Source of the DNA: Candidatus Poribacteria bacterium
GTDB lineage: Bacteria; Poribacteria; WGA-4E; PCPOR2b
Length of the DNA: 64,000 bases
Assembly: GCA_022826645.1 (NCBI GenBank)
Contig: JAJDUM010000046.1
Coordinates: 11,833-75,832 of the forward strand
Direction: 5' to 3'
The notes under the pieces are model-generated. The model did not search any database and was not told the origin of the DNA. It saw nothing but the letters and a program-made list of their open reading frames with translations. A program made the position numbers and the translations under genes. This document shows, piece by piece, positions 1 through 9,556 of the stretch. The stretch's first letter is position 1. Each line of letters opens with the position of its first letter.

Positions 1-1047
1 TTCGATGGACGGGCAGATCTTGATCTCTGATAGGTAGCGGGGGTCGAAGTCTCCGTGGAAGTAGGCGGTGAAATCGGGGAGGTCATTCAGGGCGGCGTGG
101 AATTTGAGATATGCGGCATTTGTTTTCAACCGCGTTGTGCTTTCCACGAAGTTGGGGCTGAGATGTTCGGGTGGCACGAGTTTGAGGAAGGTGCGTTTGG
201 GGTCGGCGTTCGAGACAACGATGCGGCTGCGGATCTCCGTACCGTCTTCAAGCACAACGCCACAAGCCTTCCCATTCTCGATCATGATGTGATCGATTGT
301 CGCTCCGGTTTTCAGTGTGGCTCCGCGCTCCTGTGCGGACGCAGCCATCGCCTGTGTGATACCGCCCATCCCACCTTTGACGATCCCGTTATTTTCCGGC
401 TTGGTAAAGTTCCCGCATTTGATAAAGGTGTAAGCCCATGCACTCCCCGGCGCGGCGATATCACCGGCATCCTGCGCTTGGGCGTACGTGCCTCGCATCT
501 CCTCTGACTCAAAGAACTCGATCAGCAGATCTTTCATGCTGGCGGTAAGCAGCCGGTCGAGCAACACTTCATCCTCCGTGCCGCGCACCCGTTCCGCGAT
601 TTCGCTGAGTGTCGGCGGTGGAGTGAGAAAGTATGGGTAGACGAGGCTCGCTGCGCGTTTCCAAAAGTCCAGCCATTTCGGAAAGTTTTCCGCATCGCGG
701 CGAGAGAATTGAGCGATCTCCGCTTGGGTGCGTTCCAGATCGTCCCAGACGAGTAAGCGTGAGCCGTCGGGATAGGGTTGGAAGCGCGAGGGGTCGAGGT
801 GATAGACTTCAAAGCCGTGCTTGCGCAGCTCCAGTTCTTCGATGACCTTGTTCTGTAACAGATGGCAGATATAGGAACAGGCGGAAAAACGGTAGCCGGG
901 GAACAGTTCTTCGGTTACGCATGCTCCGCCGAGGAAATCACGTCGTTCCAACAGCAGGACATCTAATCCCGCTTCCGCCAGGTATCCCGCGGTGACTAAT
1001 CCGTTATGCCCACCACCAATAATTATGACATCGTGGTCTGGTGTCAT
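1..1047 (-). CDS. FAD-dependent oxidoreductase, phytoene-desaturase/amine-oxidase-like; 3' end runs off the window start
   Basis: Reverse-strand translation from the ATG at 1045-1047 gives MTPDHDVIIIGGGHNGLVTAGYLAEAGLDVLLLERRDFLGGAC... (GxGxxG FAD/NAD Rossmann motif). The frame stays open to position 1. An AAAGGA RBS lies upstream. It is absent from the ORF track because it is truncated. Confidence 0.6.
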   Translation of the reverse strand, partial: MTPDHDVIIIGGGHNGLVTAGYLAEAGLDVLLLERRDFLGGACVTEELFPGYRFSACSYICHLLQNKVIEELELRKHGFEVYHLDPSRFQPYPDGSRLLVWDDLERTQAEIAQFSRRDAENFPKWLDFWKRAASLVYPYFLTPPPTLSEIAERVRGTEDEVLLDRLLTASMKDLLIEFFESEEMRGTYAQAQDAGDIAAPGSAWAYTFIKCGNFTKPENNGIVKGGMGGITQAMAASAQERGATLKTGATIDHIMIENGKACGVVLEDGTEIRSRIVVSNADPKRTFLKLVPPEHLSPNFVESTTRLKTNAAYLKFHAALNDLPDFTAYFHGDFDPRYLSEIKICPSIE

Positions 1048-1144
1048 TTTCGTAATCCTTTGAAAGAGTTCGTTGGTCTATGTTATACACATGGCGCCCC
1101 GTTGAAGCTGACGGAGTATAATACCGTAATGCACAAGAAGAAAT

Positions 1145-1171
1145 GGAACGCAGATCTGCGTTCCCTACGAA
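1145..1171. repeat. REP-like element (hairpin plus CCTAC flank), family ggaacgcagatctgcgttcc-CTACGAA
   Basis: Perfect 20-bp palindrome, then CTACGAA. The same unit recurs at 6540-6566; a variant occurs at 44700-44728. Confidence 0.6.
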
Positions 1172-1461
1172 GAGTATCGTAGGTTGGGTTGAACGGCTAA
1201 AACTGAGTCCCTATTAAGGGCAGAACTTCCACCTTTCAACAACAACGTCTTATAGATGACGAGAGTAAAACCCAACATCTCAGTCTGACGAAGACCGAGC
1301 GTTGGGCAGGCACAAGACCTGCTTCTACAGATTTGTGAACTTGCAACCAGAATCGCCCCTCCAAATCCAATTGGAATACGTGGCATTTTTCATTGATTTC
1401 GTTCAACCCAACCTACGGACTTCAAAGGTTCACTAATGAAAAGTAAGGGGTTCTGGCTCTG

Positions 1462-1839
1462 TCAGTGTGTAGGATTTTCTCCGCTCAAGACTTTCTCGAC
1501 CAGTTCGGGGCTATGGACGATAATTCGGAGCAATGCTTTAGCTGCTGGATCTGGTTCAAGTCGGCCTGTCTCCCAATCTTGGAGCGTCCTTAGCGAGAGT
1601 TGAAAGCGAGAGGCAAATTCTTTCTGAGTGAGGTTCATCCTCTCACGGATCGCCTTCGCGTCGGGAACAGGCTTAAATTCTTCTAGTTCTTCTGGTGATA
1701 CAGGCTGCGCGTCTGGATCTGACAACCCCGCAGCGTGGATCTCCTCCTCTGTCATTGCCCCCACTTCTTCCCAGTCAGTTTTTCCCTTTGACGGATTGTT
1801 TGGGTCAAGCGTAACTCTCGTGATATTTTCTTCGCTCAT
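1462..1839 (-). CDS. HTH XRE-family DNA-binding protein with a DUF4415-like N-terminal region (putative antitoxin or controller-type regulator)
   Basis: The internal Met (MSEENITRV...) is preceded by an AAGGAG RBS. The C-terminus MNLTQKEFASRFQLSLRTLQDWETGRLEPDPAAKALLRII is a classic XRE/MqsA-like HTH. The track ORF is extended upstream to 1917. Confidence 0.55.
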   Translation of the reverse strand: MSEENITRVTLDPNNPSKGKTDWEEVGAMTEEEIHAAGLSDPDAQPVSPEELEEFKPVPDAKAIRERMNLTQKEFASRFQLSLRTLQDWETGRLEPDPAAKALLRIIVHSPELVEKVLSGENPTH

Positions 1840-1962
1840 GACGTTCTGCACTCCTTGCTGAGATAATTCTTGTGTCAACAGAACCAGTAGGGCGAGATTC
1901 ATATCTCGACAAAACACTAATCGCCATCCTCTTTGTAATATAAGTTTTTCACTTATAGGAAT

Positions 1963-4900
1963 CTATTCGATTGGAAACGCTGGTATCCGCGCATCTATTG
2001 TTTCCATCAACCGAATCGTTTCCCCCAAGATAACAACGATTCGCTGGTAGTGTTGAATGTCGTCAATTGATAATTTACGCCCTTTGCGGTATTTGAGCCA
2101 TTTGTCACAGACCTGATAACGACCAATACAGAATTCCCAGATTTCGGTTGAAACTCCCTTGAAGTATTGGGTTTTATTGATGTAGACTTGCTGCTTTGCC
2201 TCATCATAACGCACTCTATCTACCTTATTGTTCCCTACGACGGGAAAAGGACTGATTGGCGTATTGAGGAGGGGCGCAGCATTCGTATCGACTAGGTGAA
2301 GGGCAACCAGTTCTCTGCCAAATACGACGAGGGCGCGAAATAGATCGAGGTTACTTGTCAGCGGTAGCCTCGGGAAGCCAATCTTCAGGAACTCTTCATA
2401 GCGTTCACGGTAAGTCGGACTGTGGAATACAGCGTAGATGTAGTGAAAAATGTCTTCTGGTGTGATACTTTTGGGTAAACCATGCGGTTTTATCTGTTGG
2501 AGAGTCAATTTTTCCGCTAGTGCTTTCAGGAATTCTGGACTGAAGTTTGGCAAGCGTTCTGTTTGTAAAGCGAATTCGTCGGGGTTGGGGTGGAGGTAGA
2601 GGTAGAGCGGGAACATAGAACTACTGTCATGTACCGATACGATTTTGTGTGTACAGATACAGGAAGTGCATAGAGCTGCAAAAGGCTCTTTTGATTGGCG
2701 TGCTAGCACCATGCCTAAGTTTGAATCAAGCAGATGTCGCATGACCTTGAATACAGGCCGGCTTGTAAACCCCTTTTGGTAGTACATACTTCGCCAGTCG
2801 AATGGTCGATACAGGGAAGTTCTCGCACAGTCAGCAGAGAAGTCTACTCGTTTTCGTTTTTCTTCGGGATCGTAACTGCCTGTAGCATATATGTTATACG
2901 TCTGACGGAAAACCTCATCATAATTGCCTGAAAAAAACACCTCCATACGCTGAAGTAGCGTCTCGCGTTCAAAATCAACACACAGCTTATCACGGTCAGT
3001 TTTTAGACCACTACCAAACTCCCGAAATATCTTTTCTACCGACCAACAAGATTCGTATTCATCTTTGAGTTCAATGTTCTGCGGCATAAATAGGTGAAAC
3101 GGTGCCGTAGGTTGTAGTTCCTCCCATCCCGTATCGTCTATGTTCGTTTGGGTAAGGTAGTCATATTTTCTCTCGCGCCCTCCCCACAGATCAGCGTGAT
3201 ACACACGAGCCGGTTGTTGATTTCCTTCTTCTTTGACGCAAAGCGTAATTGCAACTCCCTGTTGGATGTCAAAGACATTTTCATCTATCCCACCGTCAGG
3301 AGCTTTTTCCTTTTTCCGACTGTTACCATGCAGGTCGAAAATATAAATTTCGTTAAAAGTTCGGAGAAGATTTTGCCGCATCACTCGAAAAGTTAGATTA
3401 TCCAAAAAGCCATGATTGGTGACGTAACCAATGATTCCTTCGCCGGTCTGCTCAATCCGCCATTGTGCAAAACGGATGAATTTTACATAATCGTCGTCCA
3501 AGTTGTGTTTCTTCTCATTAAGATCTTTCTTATAGTCTAAAAGAAGTTCCTTAATCCAATTGCCTTTGTTTTGCGTACTAGCCGAATACGGAGGGTTTCC
3601 TAACACTACCATAATCGGATTATCATGTTTAATCGCAGCGGCTTCATTGGCTTCGTCGGAGATGAATTGACCCATCAGTAGATTGGACTTCTTAATCGCC
3701 TCATCCAGCGTGTTGGTCAGATAGACGCCAACCCGCTGATCACCACGGAAATCATATCCACTCTCCTGAAACAGTAATCCCAGTTTTAGATGCGCAACGG
3801 CGTAAGGAGCGACGAGGAGTTCAAACCCAAACAGGCGCGGAAGGAGGCGCTTTTCGGCATATTCGCTCCATGTCCCTGCCCCGTAAGTCGCGTTGACTAT
3901 TTCCCGAACACGGTTGATAACAGCAAATAGGAAGCTCCCTGTCCCTGTTGCTGGATCGAGGATGAGTGTGTTTTCATCTGCCAAACCCATCGGCTTGTTG
4001 AACCGTGACTTGAGCAGGTGGTCAATAGAGCGCACAATGTAGGAGACAACAGGTTCAGGTGTGTAGTAGACACCGCGCACTTCACGCAGTTCAGGGTCGT
4101 AGGCAGCGAGGAAGGTCTCATAGAAATGCACGACCGGATCCTGCTGTTTGGTGTTTGCACCAAAATCCGCAAGGATTGTCTCCATTGGCGCTTGTGCTAG
4201 CAGTTGTGCAATGTCATCGGCGATCCACGCGACTCGTTCATCGAGGTCATGCGCAGCAATCTGCTGGAACAGTTTTCGGAGGAAAGGGTTGGTTTTGGGA
4301 ACAAGCTCGGCGGCGGATTGACGGGAAAAATTCGACTTGGACGGGATAGTGCATCGCGCGGCGAACAAGCCATAGGCGACTGTTTGAGCGTACATATCGC
4401 CGAACTGATCTTCGGTCAGATCGGGAAGCAGCACTTCTCGGAACGCTTGATATTGTCCATAAAGATCGCCGCTTTTGTCTTTCATCTGTTCGGCAAGAGC
4501 TTCGTTTGTCTCGCTTCGCATCTGCCGCGTTCGGCGGGCAAGGTGCATAGCGAGTTCATGTGGACGTCCAATTGACGGTAGTTGTCCACTCAAAAACCGC
4601 TCAAGCAAGATTGCTAACGCTTCGGCGTCCGCTTCGCCAACCTTGATTGAATAATTGTCGGGCGGCGTGGGTAGTCGGGCACTATCAACCATATCGCCGC
4701 CAAGGTACAAACGAAATTCTAGATAATTCGTCAATAGGAAGTTATCAAGGTTATCACGAAAGCGTTCATTCTGTTCCTTTGCATGTCCGGTAAGGTTATC
4801 CAGATCAGCAATGTAGGCTTCGGCTTCAATGTAGCCAATGGGCAGGTCTTTGTGTGTTACGGTGAAGTCCGGGACTCCGACATCGAGCTTCTTTGCTTCG

Positions 4901-5061
4901 CTCAGAAAGATCGTTGGCTGGTTAAAAATCTCTGAGGCGCGTTTGAGAAAGCTATCCAGGGGTGGACGCAGGGAGAGTTCATCCGTTGCCAGAGCACTGG
5001 CACGAATCGCCCGAAGTTCAGTCAGGTAGTTTATGCAGGTGTTCTGAAAGTTGGTGGACAT
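1963..5061 (-). CDS. Single-chain restriction-modification enzyme-like N6-adenine DNA methyltransferase (type IIG / type ISP-like, gamma-class) with a C-terminal specificity region
   Basis: 1032 aa. LDPATGTGSFL (SAM motif I) precedes NPPYS (catalytic motif IV), followed by a long C-terminal TRD-like region. The N-terminal roughly 300 aa contain VPDF...IGYIEAE, a possible degenerate PD-(D/E)xK. No helicase is present. Confidence 0.6.
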   Translation of the reverse strand: MSTNFQNTCINYLTELRAIRASALATDELSLRPPLDSFLKRASEIFNQPTIFLSEAKKLDVGVPDFTVTHKDLPIGYIEAEAYIADLDNLTGHAKEQNERFRDNLDNFLLTNYLEFRLYLGGDMVDSARLPTPPDNYSIKVGEADAEALAILLERFLSGQLPSIGRPHELAMHLARRTRQMRSETNEALAEQMKDKSGDLYGQYQAFREVLLPDLTEDQFGDMYAQTVAYGLFAARCTIPSKSNFSRQSAAELVPKTNPFLRKLFQQIAAHDLDERVAWIADDIAQLLAQAPMETILADFGANTKQQDPVVHFYETFLAAYDPELREVRGVYYTPEPVVSYIVRSIDHLLKSRFNKPMGLADENTLILDPATGTGSFLFAVINRVREIVNATYGAGTWSEYAEKRLLPRLFGFELLVAPYAVAHLKLGLLFQESGYDFRGDQRVGVYLTNTLDEAIKKSNLLMGQFISDEANEAAAIKHDNPIMVVLGNPPYSASTQNKGNWIKELLLDYKKDLNEKKHNLDDDYVKFIRFAQWRIEQTGEGIIGYVTNHGFLDNLTFRVMRQNLLRTFNEIYIFDLHGNSRKKEKAPDGGIDENVFDIQQGVAITLCVKEEGNQQPARVYHADLWGGRERKYDYLTQTNIDDTGWEELQPTAPFHLFMPQNIELKDEYESCWSVEKIFREFGSGLKTDRDKLCVDFERETLLQRMEVFFSGNYDEVFRQTYNIYATGSYDPEEKRKRVDFSADCARTSLYRPFDWRSMYYQKGFTSRPVFKVMRHLLDSNLGMVLARQSKEPFAALCTSCICTHKIVSVHDSSSMFPLYLYLHPNPDEFALQTERLPNFSPEFLKALAEKLTLQQIKPHGLPKSITPEDIFHYIYAVFHSPTYRERYEEFLKIGFPRLPLTSNLDLFRALVVFGRELVALHLVDTNAAPLLNTPISPFPVVGNNKVDRVRYDEAKQQVYINKTQYFKGVSTEIWEFCIGRYQVCDKWLKYRKGRKLSIDDIQHYQRIVVILGETIRLMETIDARIPAFPIE

Positions 5062-5112
5062 TTGAGCCTCAATAGGTTCGTCGTGCTAGGAAGTAATCTG
5101 CGTTCCCACCGA

Positions 5113-5139
5113 GTCGAGATGTGAATCTCGACCTACAAG
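5113..5139. repeat. REP-like element, family gtcgagatgtgaatctcgac-CTACA
   Basis: Recurs at 36277-36303, 44630-44656 and 7672-7697; half copy at 62300-62325. Confidence 0.6.
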
Positions 5140-5159
5140 ATACTGAATAAGCGGATAGA

Positions 5160-6149
5160 TTAATGGGTTCGTTGCGCTAGGAAGTAATCCGCATTCCCAC
5201 CGAGTTTCTGTAGCAGCGGCGTTGTTATCTCATCCAATTTTGCGATGGTTTCAGGGGAAAGGGAGAGCGATGCAACGTGTAGATTCTGTTCAAGCTCCGA
5301 TAGATTGCGGGTACCGACTAGCTCACAGGTGATGCCGGGTTTTGCAATGGTCCAAGCGATTGCGAGCCGACTCATGGGGACCCCCTCTGCCTCTGCAACT
5401 TTTCTGATACCGTCAACGGCGGCAAACATTTCTTCCTCCGCTCCTTCTTCGCCGTGGCCTGCTTTTTCCCGATCACCGCGGAAATGCCGGAACCGTGCGT
5501 GGACGGGTGGAAGTTCCTCCGCTGTCTTATACATGCCGGTGAGGAGTCCCTGTAGCAGCGGCATATACCCCATAATACCCATCCCGTGTTTCTGGCACAA
5601 CGGCAAAATCTCCAACTCAATTGCGCGTGATAGCAGATTGTAGCAGAGCTGGTTCACATCGATTTGAACGCCGGTAGCGAGGGCTTCGGACAGTTGCTCT
5701 ACCCCAAAGTTGCTGACACCAATCGATCGGATCTTGCCCTCCTCCTTTAACGCGTTCAGGGTTGCAAACGCATCCTCAACGGAGTGTTCGGTGATGGGCC
5801 AATGAACGATATAGATATCGATATAATCGGTTTGCAGTCGGCGGAGGCTGGCTTCACAGTGTTCGCGTAGAACGGTTGGCTCGGTATTGTTCGGACTGAT
5901 CTTGGTAGCAATTACCGCTTCATTCCGCCGCCCTTTTAATGCCGTACCTACCGCCTCCTCGCTCCGTCCCTCGTTGTATCCTTCTGCGCTGTCAAAGAAG
6001 TTGATGCCGTGGTCGAGTGCGGCGTGTGCGACTGCATCAACATCCTCTTGTGCTTGGGGACCCCAGTAATCCCCGCCGCCGTAAGACCAGCCACCGATTC
6101 CCATCACAGAGATTTCAATACCGGATTTACCGACTACTCGCTTTTCCAC
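5160..6149 (-). CDS. Aldo/keto reductase family oxidoreductase
   Basis: 329 aa; GIGGWSYGG...INFFDSAEGYNEGRSEE...IDIYIVHWP is the AKR signature. The GTG start at 6149 has a GAGGA RBS. Confidence 0.85.
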   Translation of the reverse strand: MEKRVVGKSGIEISVMGIGGWSYGGGDYWGPQAQEDVDAVAHAALDHGINFFDSAEGYNEGRSEEAVGTALKGRRNEAVIATKISPNNTEPTVLREHCEASLRRLQTDYIDIYIVHWPITEHSVEDAFATLNALKEEGKIRSIGVSNFGVEQLSEALATGVQIDVNQLCYNLLSRAIELEILPLCQKHGMGIMGYMPLLQGLLTGMYKTAEELPPVHARFRHFRGDREKAGHGEEGAEEEMFAAVDGIRKVAEAEGVPMSRLAIAWTIAKPGITCELVGTRNLSELEQNLHVASLSLSPETIAKLDEITTPLLQKLGGNADYFLAQRTH

Positions 6150-6221
6150 TTGTTATTTCCTCGTCTATATTAAAATGGGGTGGCTCATGTAAAAAGAAAG
6201 TACAAAATATGAAGCGAAATT

Positions 6222-6275
6222 GTAGGGGCGGGGAAACCCCGCCCACCGTAAGGGTTGGGGAACCCAACCCCTACG
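6222..6275. repeat. REPIN-like doublet: GTAGG-hairpin ... hairpin-CCTAC
   Basis: tGTAGGggcggggaaaccccgcccaccgtaagggttggggaacccaacccCTACg. Similar doublets occur at 16428-16478 and 46240-46292. Confidence 0.6.
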
Positions 6276-6539
6276 AAAACTCGGTTGCTGTTGCACTAGT
6301 TCTGAACATGAGCGAATGAGGTAAATCATCCAAAATTGACGTCAATTCTGCCAAAAGTGTTAGATTTTGTTAGATTTTGCCGGTGATTGTGGATAACTTA
6401 CAAACTAACCGCCAGCGATACGACACACATGTCACCCCGCTGGGGCTTGGGGAAATTGGTTTGCCGATGTGCTATATACATATCGCCCCGCTGGGGCTAA
6501 TAAAGTATAATACGTAATTTGTGATGCGTACGAAGAGAT

Positions 6540-6634
6540 GGAACGCAGATCTGCGTTCCCTACGAAGAGTCGGGCAAGATGCCCGACCTACGGAAATGGG
6601 GGCAGGTTACGGCATACGGAGTATGCCTACTACC
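6540..6634. repeat. Cluster of three different REP-like units in tandem
   Basis: ggaacgcagatctgcgttccCTACGAA; gggcaagatgcccgaCCTACGG; ggcatacggagtatgccTACTACC. It abuts the stop of the 6630..7466 CDS. Confidence 0.6.
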
Positions 6635-7466
6635 ATTGATCCAGGCCGAGCAATTTTCGTCCCAACGGGGTCAATTCGGCTGTCTGACCTGTTTCATGTT
6701 CTTTTTCGTTTCGGAGTTTCCATGTTGTTATACCGGTGACCTCTATGACCAGTCCCGCCAAGCGGTCACGCCACGCCTTAATCCGATGGTTTCGTGCATC
6801 TTCATCGTATTCCCCTGATGGGAACATGGTGATATATTGCACGACCCGTGGATCTGTCGCTGTGTTGGCACTGCTTCCGTGGGGTAAGGCACTGTTCCAG
6901 ATGATGAGATCACCCGCTGCTCCGGGGATCGGTTGTGCGCCAAGGCTTTCCAAATCTTGCTCGCGTGGATTCGCATCCGGTGGCAGGTCTTTCAACCAAT
7001 CTTCAAGCTGATGATGAAATCCGGGCACACAGGTGAACGCGCCTTGATCCGCTGCGGTGTCCGTCAGGTATAACACCCCCTGAACCCAGAACTTAATCGG
7101 CGGTTCAAGTTGGATATCCCAGTGGAGTTTGCCGGGGTGTTTCCAGTCCGGTAGCTCTGGCGGGTTCATGCTGGCGCGATCAATGCTAGCCCACAGTTTC
7201 TCGGTGTCCCAGATCTCCGCAAATGCTTGATGGACACGGGGATATTGCCGGTTAGCCCAGAGTGCCTGATGCTGATACATCTCGGTCATGATGGTGGTAC
7301 GAGGTGGGTCGGGATACCAACTCTTCGGATTGTCGGGCTGCATCTCCAAGAAGTCCCACACAGCCCGCTTGGCAGCTTTGAGGTTCTCCGGTGGGACAGC
7401 GTTGTGGACGACAACGTAACCGTTTTCCTCCCAGAACTTTTTGTCTTCCGCCGTTAAGACAGGCAT
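6630..7466 (-). CDS. Phytanoyl-CoA dioxygenase (PhyH) family Fe(II)/2-oxoglutarate oxygenase
   Basis: HWD (HxD) and a distal LPHGS His give the PhyH-like facial triad. The ATG at 7466 with an AGGAAGGA RBS is preferred over the track start at 7487. Confidence 0.75.
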   Translation of the reverse strand: MPVLTAEDKKFWEENGYVVVHNAVPPENLKAAKRAVWDFLEMQPDNPKSWYPDPPRTTIMTEMYQHQALWANRQYPRVHQAFAEIWDTEKLWASIDRASMNPPELPDWKHPGKLHWDIQLEPPIKFWVQGVLYLTDTAADQGAFTCVPGFHHQLEDWLKDLPPDANPREQDLESLGAQPIPGAAGDLIIWNSALPHGSSANTATDPRVVQYITMFPSGEYDEDARNHRIKAWRDRLAGLVIEVTGITTWKLRNEKEHETGQTAELTPLGRKLLGLDQW

Positions 7467-7526
7467 TTTTTGTCCTTCCTGAGTCACTTATAGTGGATCT
7501 TGGAATTAGTGAGACACTCCAAACCG

Positions 7527-7697
7527 ATGCGGTTAGAAACCGCACCTACCGGGTTGGAGTGAATGCGGCGCGGTTGGAAACCATACCTACGGGGTTGGAG
7601 TGAATGCAGTAAACTCTTGAACGAACGAACTCCTGAGGTTACGGCATACGGAGTATGCCTACTACTATTGAGGATGTGAATCTCGACCTACATGAGC
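7527..7697. repeat. REP-like cluster: two direct copies of gcggttRgaaaccRYacCTACSgggttggagtgaatgc, then ggcatacggagtatgccTACTAC and gaggatgtgaatctcgacCTACAT
   Basis: Direct reading of the sequence. Confidence 0.6.
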
Positions 7698-7715
7698 ATA
7701 TCGGTCCGCTTGCAC

Positions 7716-9521
7716 CTATTTTAAAATGACGAGGCGCCGTATTTGATGGTAAGAGGGTGTTGTCAGCTCGTAAAAATAGATGCCACTGGCAACCTGTTCC
7801 CCCAAGGCATTACGCCCATCCCAATAAGCAGCGCGTCCTCGACTATGATAAAAGCCTACCGACTGATAACCGAGCGGAAGCGTGCGAATCCGCTTTCCGG
7901 TTGTATCATAAATAGAGAGCGATACAGGACTATCTTCCGAGAGCTGGTATGGAATCCATGTTTCAGGGTTAAACGGATTGGGGAAGTTCTGCAACAACTG
8001 AGTCAATTTCGGTTGACCAATACTATCAAGCCTGACAGACAAAACCGCGTTTTCCAGATCCTCAGGTGTAACTATAGCACTGAGGGTATCTGACTCGATG
8101 TTACCGTTGGGACTGATGACACTGACTTCAATCACATCTCCAATTTCGACAACGCTCCGGCGTGCTAAGTCGGCGGTTGCAGCGGCGAAGTAATTATCAC
8201 GCACTTGGGCTTCCATGACGGTGTTGGTCCGAAGGTTTCGGACTGTGACCAGATAATCGTTGAACTGCTGGATACCTTCTATATGCCCACTAACAACGAA
8301 TGCCCATGTCTGATAGGGTGTTGTGGCAAGGGGTGCTGCGGGGACTTGCATCTGATTTGTCCACGCTGTCCCTGTGAAGACAATGTCACGTGCCTTTGGT
8401 AGATTGACGATATACCCTTTTCCCCCTTCGATAGAAAATCCGTCGTCCGGTGCATCTGGGGTCCACCCGACGAATTGCTGGTTTACGGTATCAAGTGTAA
8501 TGACTGTGGTCGCGCCTGTCTTTACTGCAAGCGAGCGTGCTGTCATGTGGACAGTCGGTTTCAGGGGCACAGACAGCATGTTCAAACCTTCAGAGAGGTG
8601 CATAGAGAAAATATTGCCGAAACCTTCTCCGGTTGGTCTACCGAGGAAACCGTGTCGACGTCCATCTGCTAAGTCATAATACCCGACAATACTTCCATCC
8701 TGATTAACATTTCGGACGACAGTGATAACACTACCTGGGATCCGTACTTCATAGAGGGTGCCATCTGGCATGAGGATATAGGACCGCAGAATATCGTCTG
8801 CAGCTTTGGCTCTGAAACCGACAGCCCCGAAATCGGTGATGGTGTTTACAAATAGGAATTCAAGATTCGGCATTTCTGGGAGGTCTATAGTAGTGAAACT
8901 GCCATCGGGGTTCCGCATGAACCCATGAAACATTCCATCGGCATCAATGTAGCTGCCAACGACCGCCCCTGCGGCGTTGACAAAGTCTCCATAAGTGTTG
9001 ACTGCACCCGGGAATGTAATTGTCAGCTCCCCTGAGAAAGCGTGGCTGATTCCTGCTTCATCTACGATGTTACCGCTCAGCGCCCCCGTTTCATCACTGA
9101 TACCGTAGATGAACGTTTGGACAGCACCCGGAAAATCGTATTGTGTGAGCTCTCCATCTTCCATGATGACACCGTGGTAAAGGTTATCTGTGCCTTTGTA
9201 ATGTCCCGCAGCTTTTCCTGCATTGTCGAGCGCATAGAAAGAGGTCTTCACGGACTCTGGAAAGTCGTACGTTGTAAAAATGCCGTCTATCAATGTGAAG
9301 CCGATGGTTTTCTCGCCATCAGGGCTCCGCGTGTTCCCTGCGTAATCCCCGAAATCGTTACTTGCAGTCACTTCCAAAAAATCGACACCAGGGACTTCGA
9401 TGGTCTCAAAGATATAATCTGCAATCGGTATTTCGGCATCAATTCGGGCAACGGCATATCCTATGAAACAGATAATTAGACATATAAACAAGGGAAGTTT
9501 CGTTTTTATAGGGTGATTCAT
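7716..9521 (-). CDS. Secreted repeat protein (HAF-like extracellular repeats) with a T9SS-type C-terminal sorting domain
   Basis: Signal peptide MNHPIKTKLPLFICLIICFIGYAVA. It has repeated ...YHGV/FHGF/RHGF/HAF... units of about 45 aa. The C-terminus LLQNFPNPFNPETWIPYQL...IYD...WDGRN...ASGIYFYEL...RRLVILK matches the Por secretion tail (TIGR04183-like). Confidence 0.6.
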   Translation of the reverse strand: MNHPIKTKLPLFICLIICFIGYAVARIDAEIPIADYIFETIEVPGVDFLEVTASNDFGDYAGNTRSPDGEKTIGFTLIDGIFTTYDFPESVKTSFYALDNAGKAAGHYKGTDNLYHGVIMEDGELTQYDFPGAVQTFIYGISDETGALSGNIVDEAGISHAFSGELTITFPGAVNTYGDFVNAAGAVVGSYIDADGMFHGFMRNPDGSFTTIDLPEMPNLEFLFVNTITDFGAVGFRAKAADDILRSYILMPDGTLYEVRIPGSVITVVRNVNQDGSIVGYYDLADGRRHGFLGRPTGEGFGNIFSMHLSEGLNMLSVPLKPTVHMTARSLAVKTGATTVITLDTVNQQFVGWTPDAPDDGFSIEGGKGYIVNLPKARDIVFTGTAWTNQMQVPAAPLATTPYQTWAFVVSGHIEGIQQFNDYLVTVRNLRTNTVMEAQVRDNYFAAATADLARRSVVEIGDVIEVSVISPNGNIESDTLSAIVTPEDLENAVLSVRLDSIGQPKLTQLLQNFPNPFNPETWIPYQLSEDSPVSLSIYDTTGKRIRTLPLGYQSVGFYHSRGRAAYWDGRNALGEQVASGIYFYELTTPSYHQIRRLVILK

Positions 9522-9556
9522 AGCTATCCTTTGGTTGAGGTAAAAAGAAAGAGCAT

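Noticed and set aside
55-845. Track ORFs 55..507(+), 68..292(+), 312..512(-), 534..812(-), 633..845(+)
   Set aside because: All lie inside or antisense to the continuous minus-strand FAD-oxidoreductase reading frame (1..1047), which shows a clear GxGxxG motif and protein-like composition. These are shadow ORFs.
1165-1386. 73-aa minus-strand ORF between the oxidoreductase and the HTH gene, considered as a possible toxin partner
   Set aside because: It overlaps REP-like palindromes, has no RBS, and has a low-complexity, non-protein-like sequence. No RelE/ParE-like motifs.
1963-5061. BREX PglX or DISARM DrmMI identity for the big methyltransferase
   Set aside because: No brx/pglZ/drm-type partner genes in the adjacent 6 kb on the downstream side. 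The other side is outside the window, so this is only a provisional rejection.
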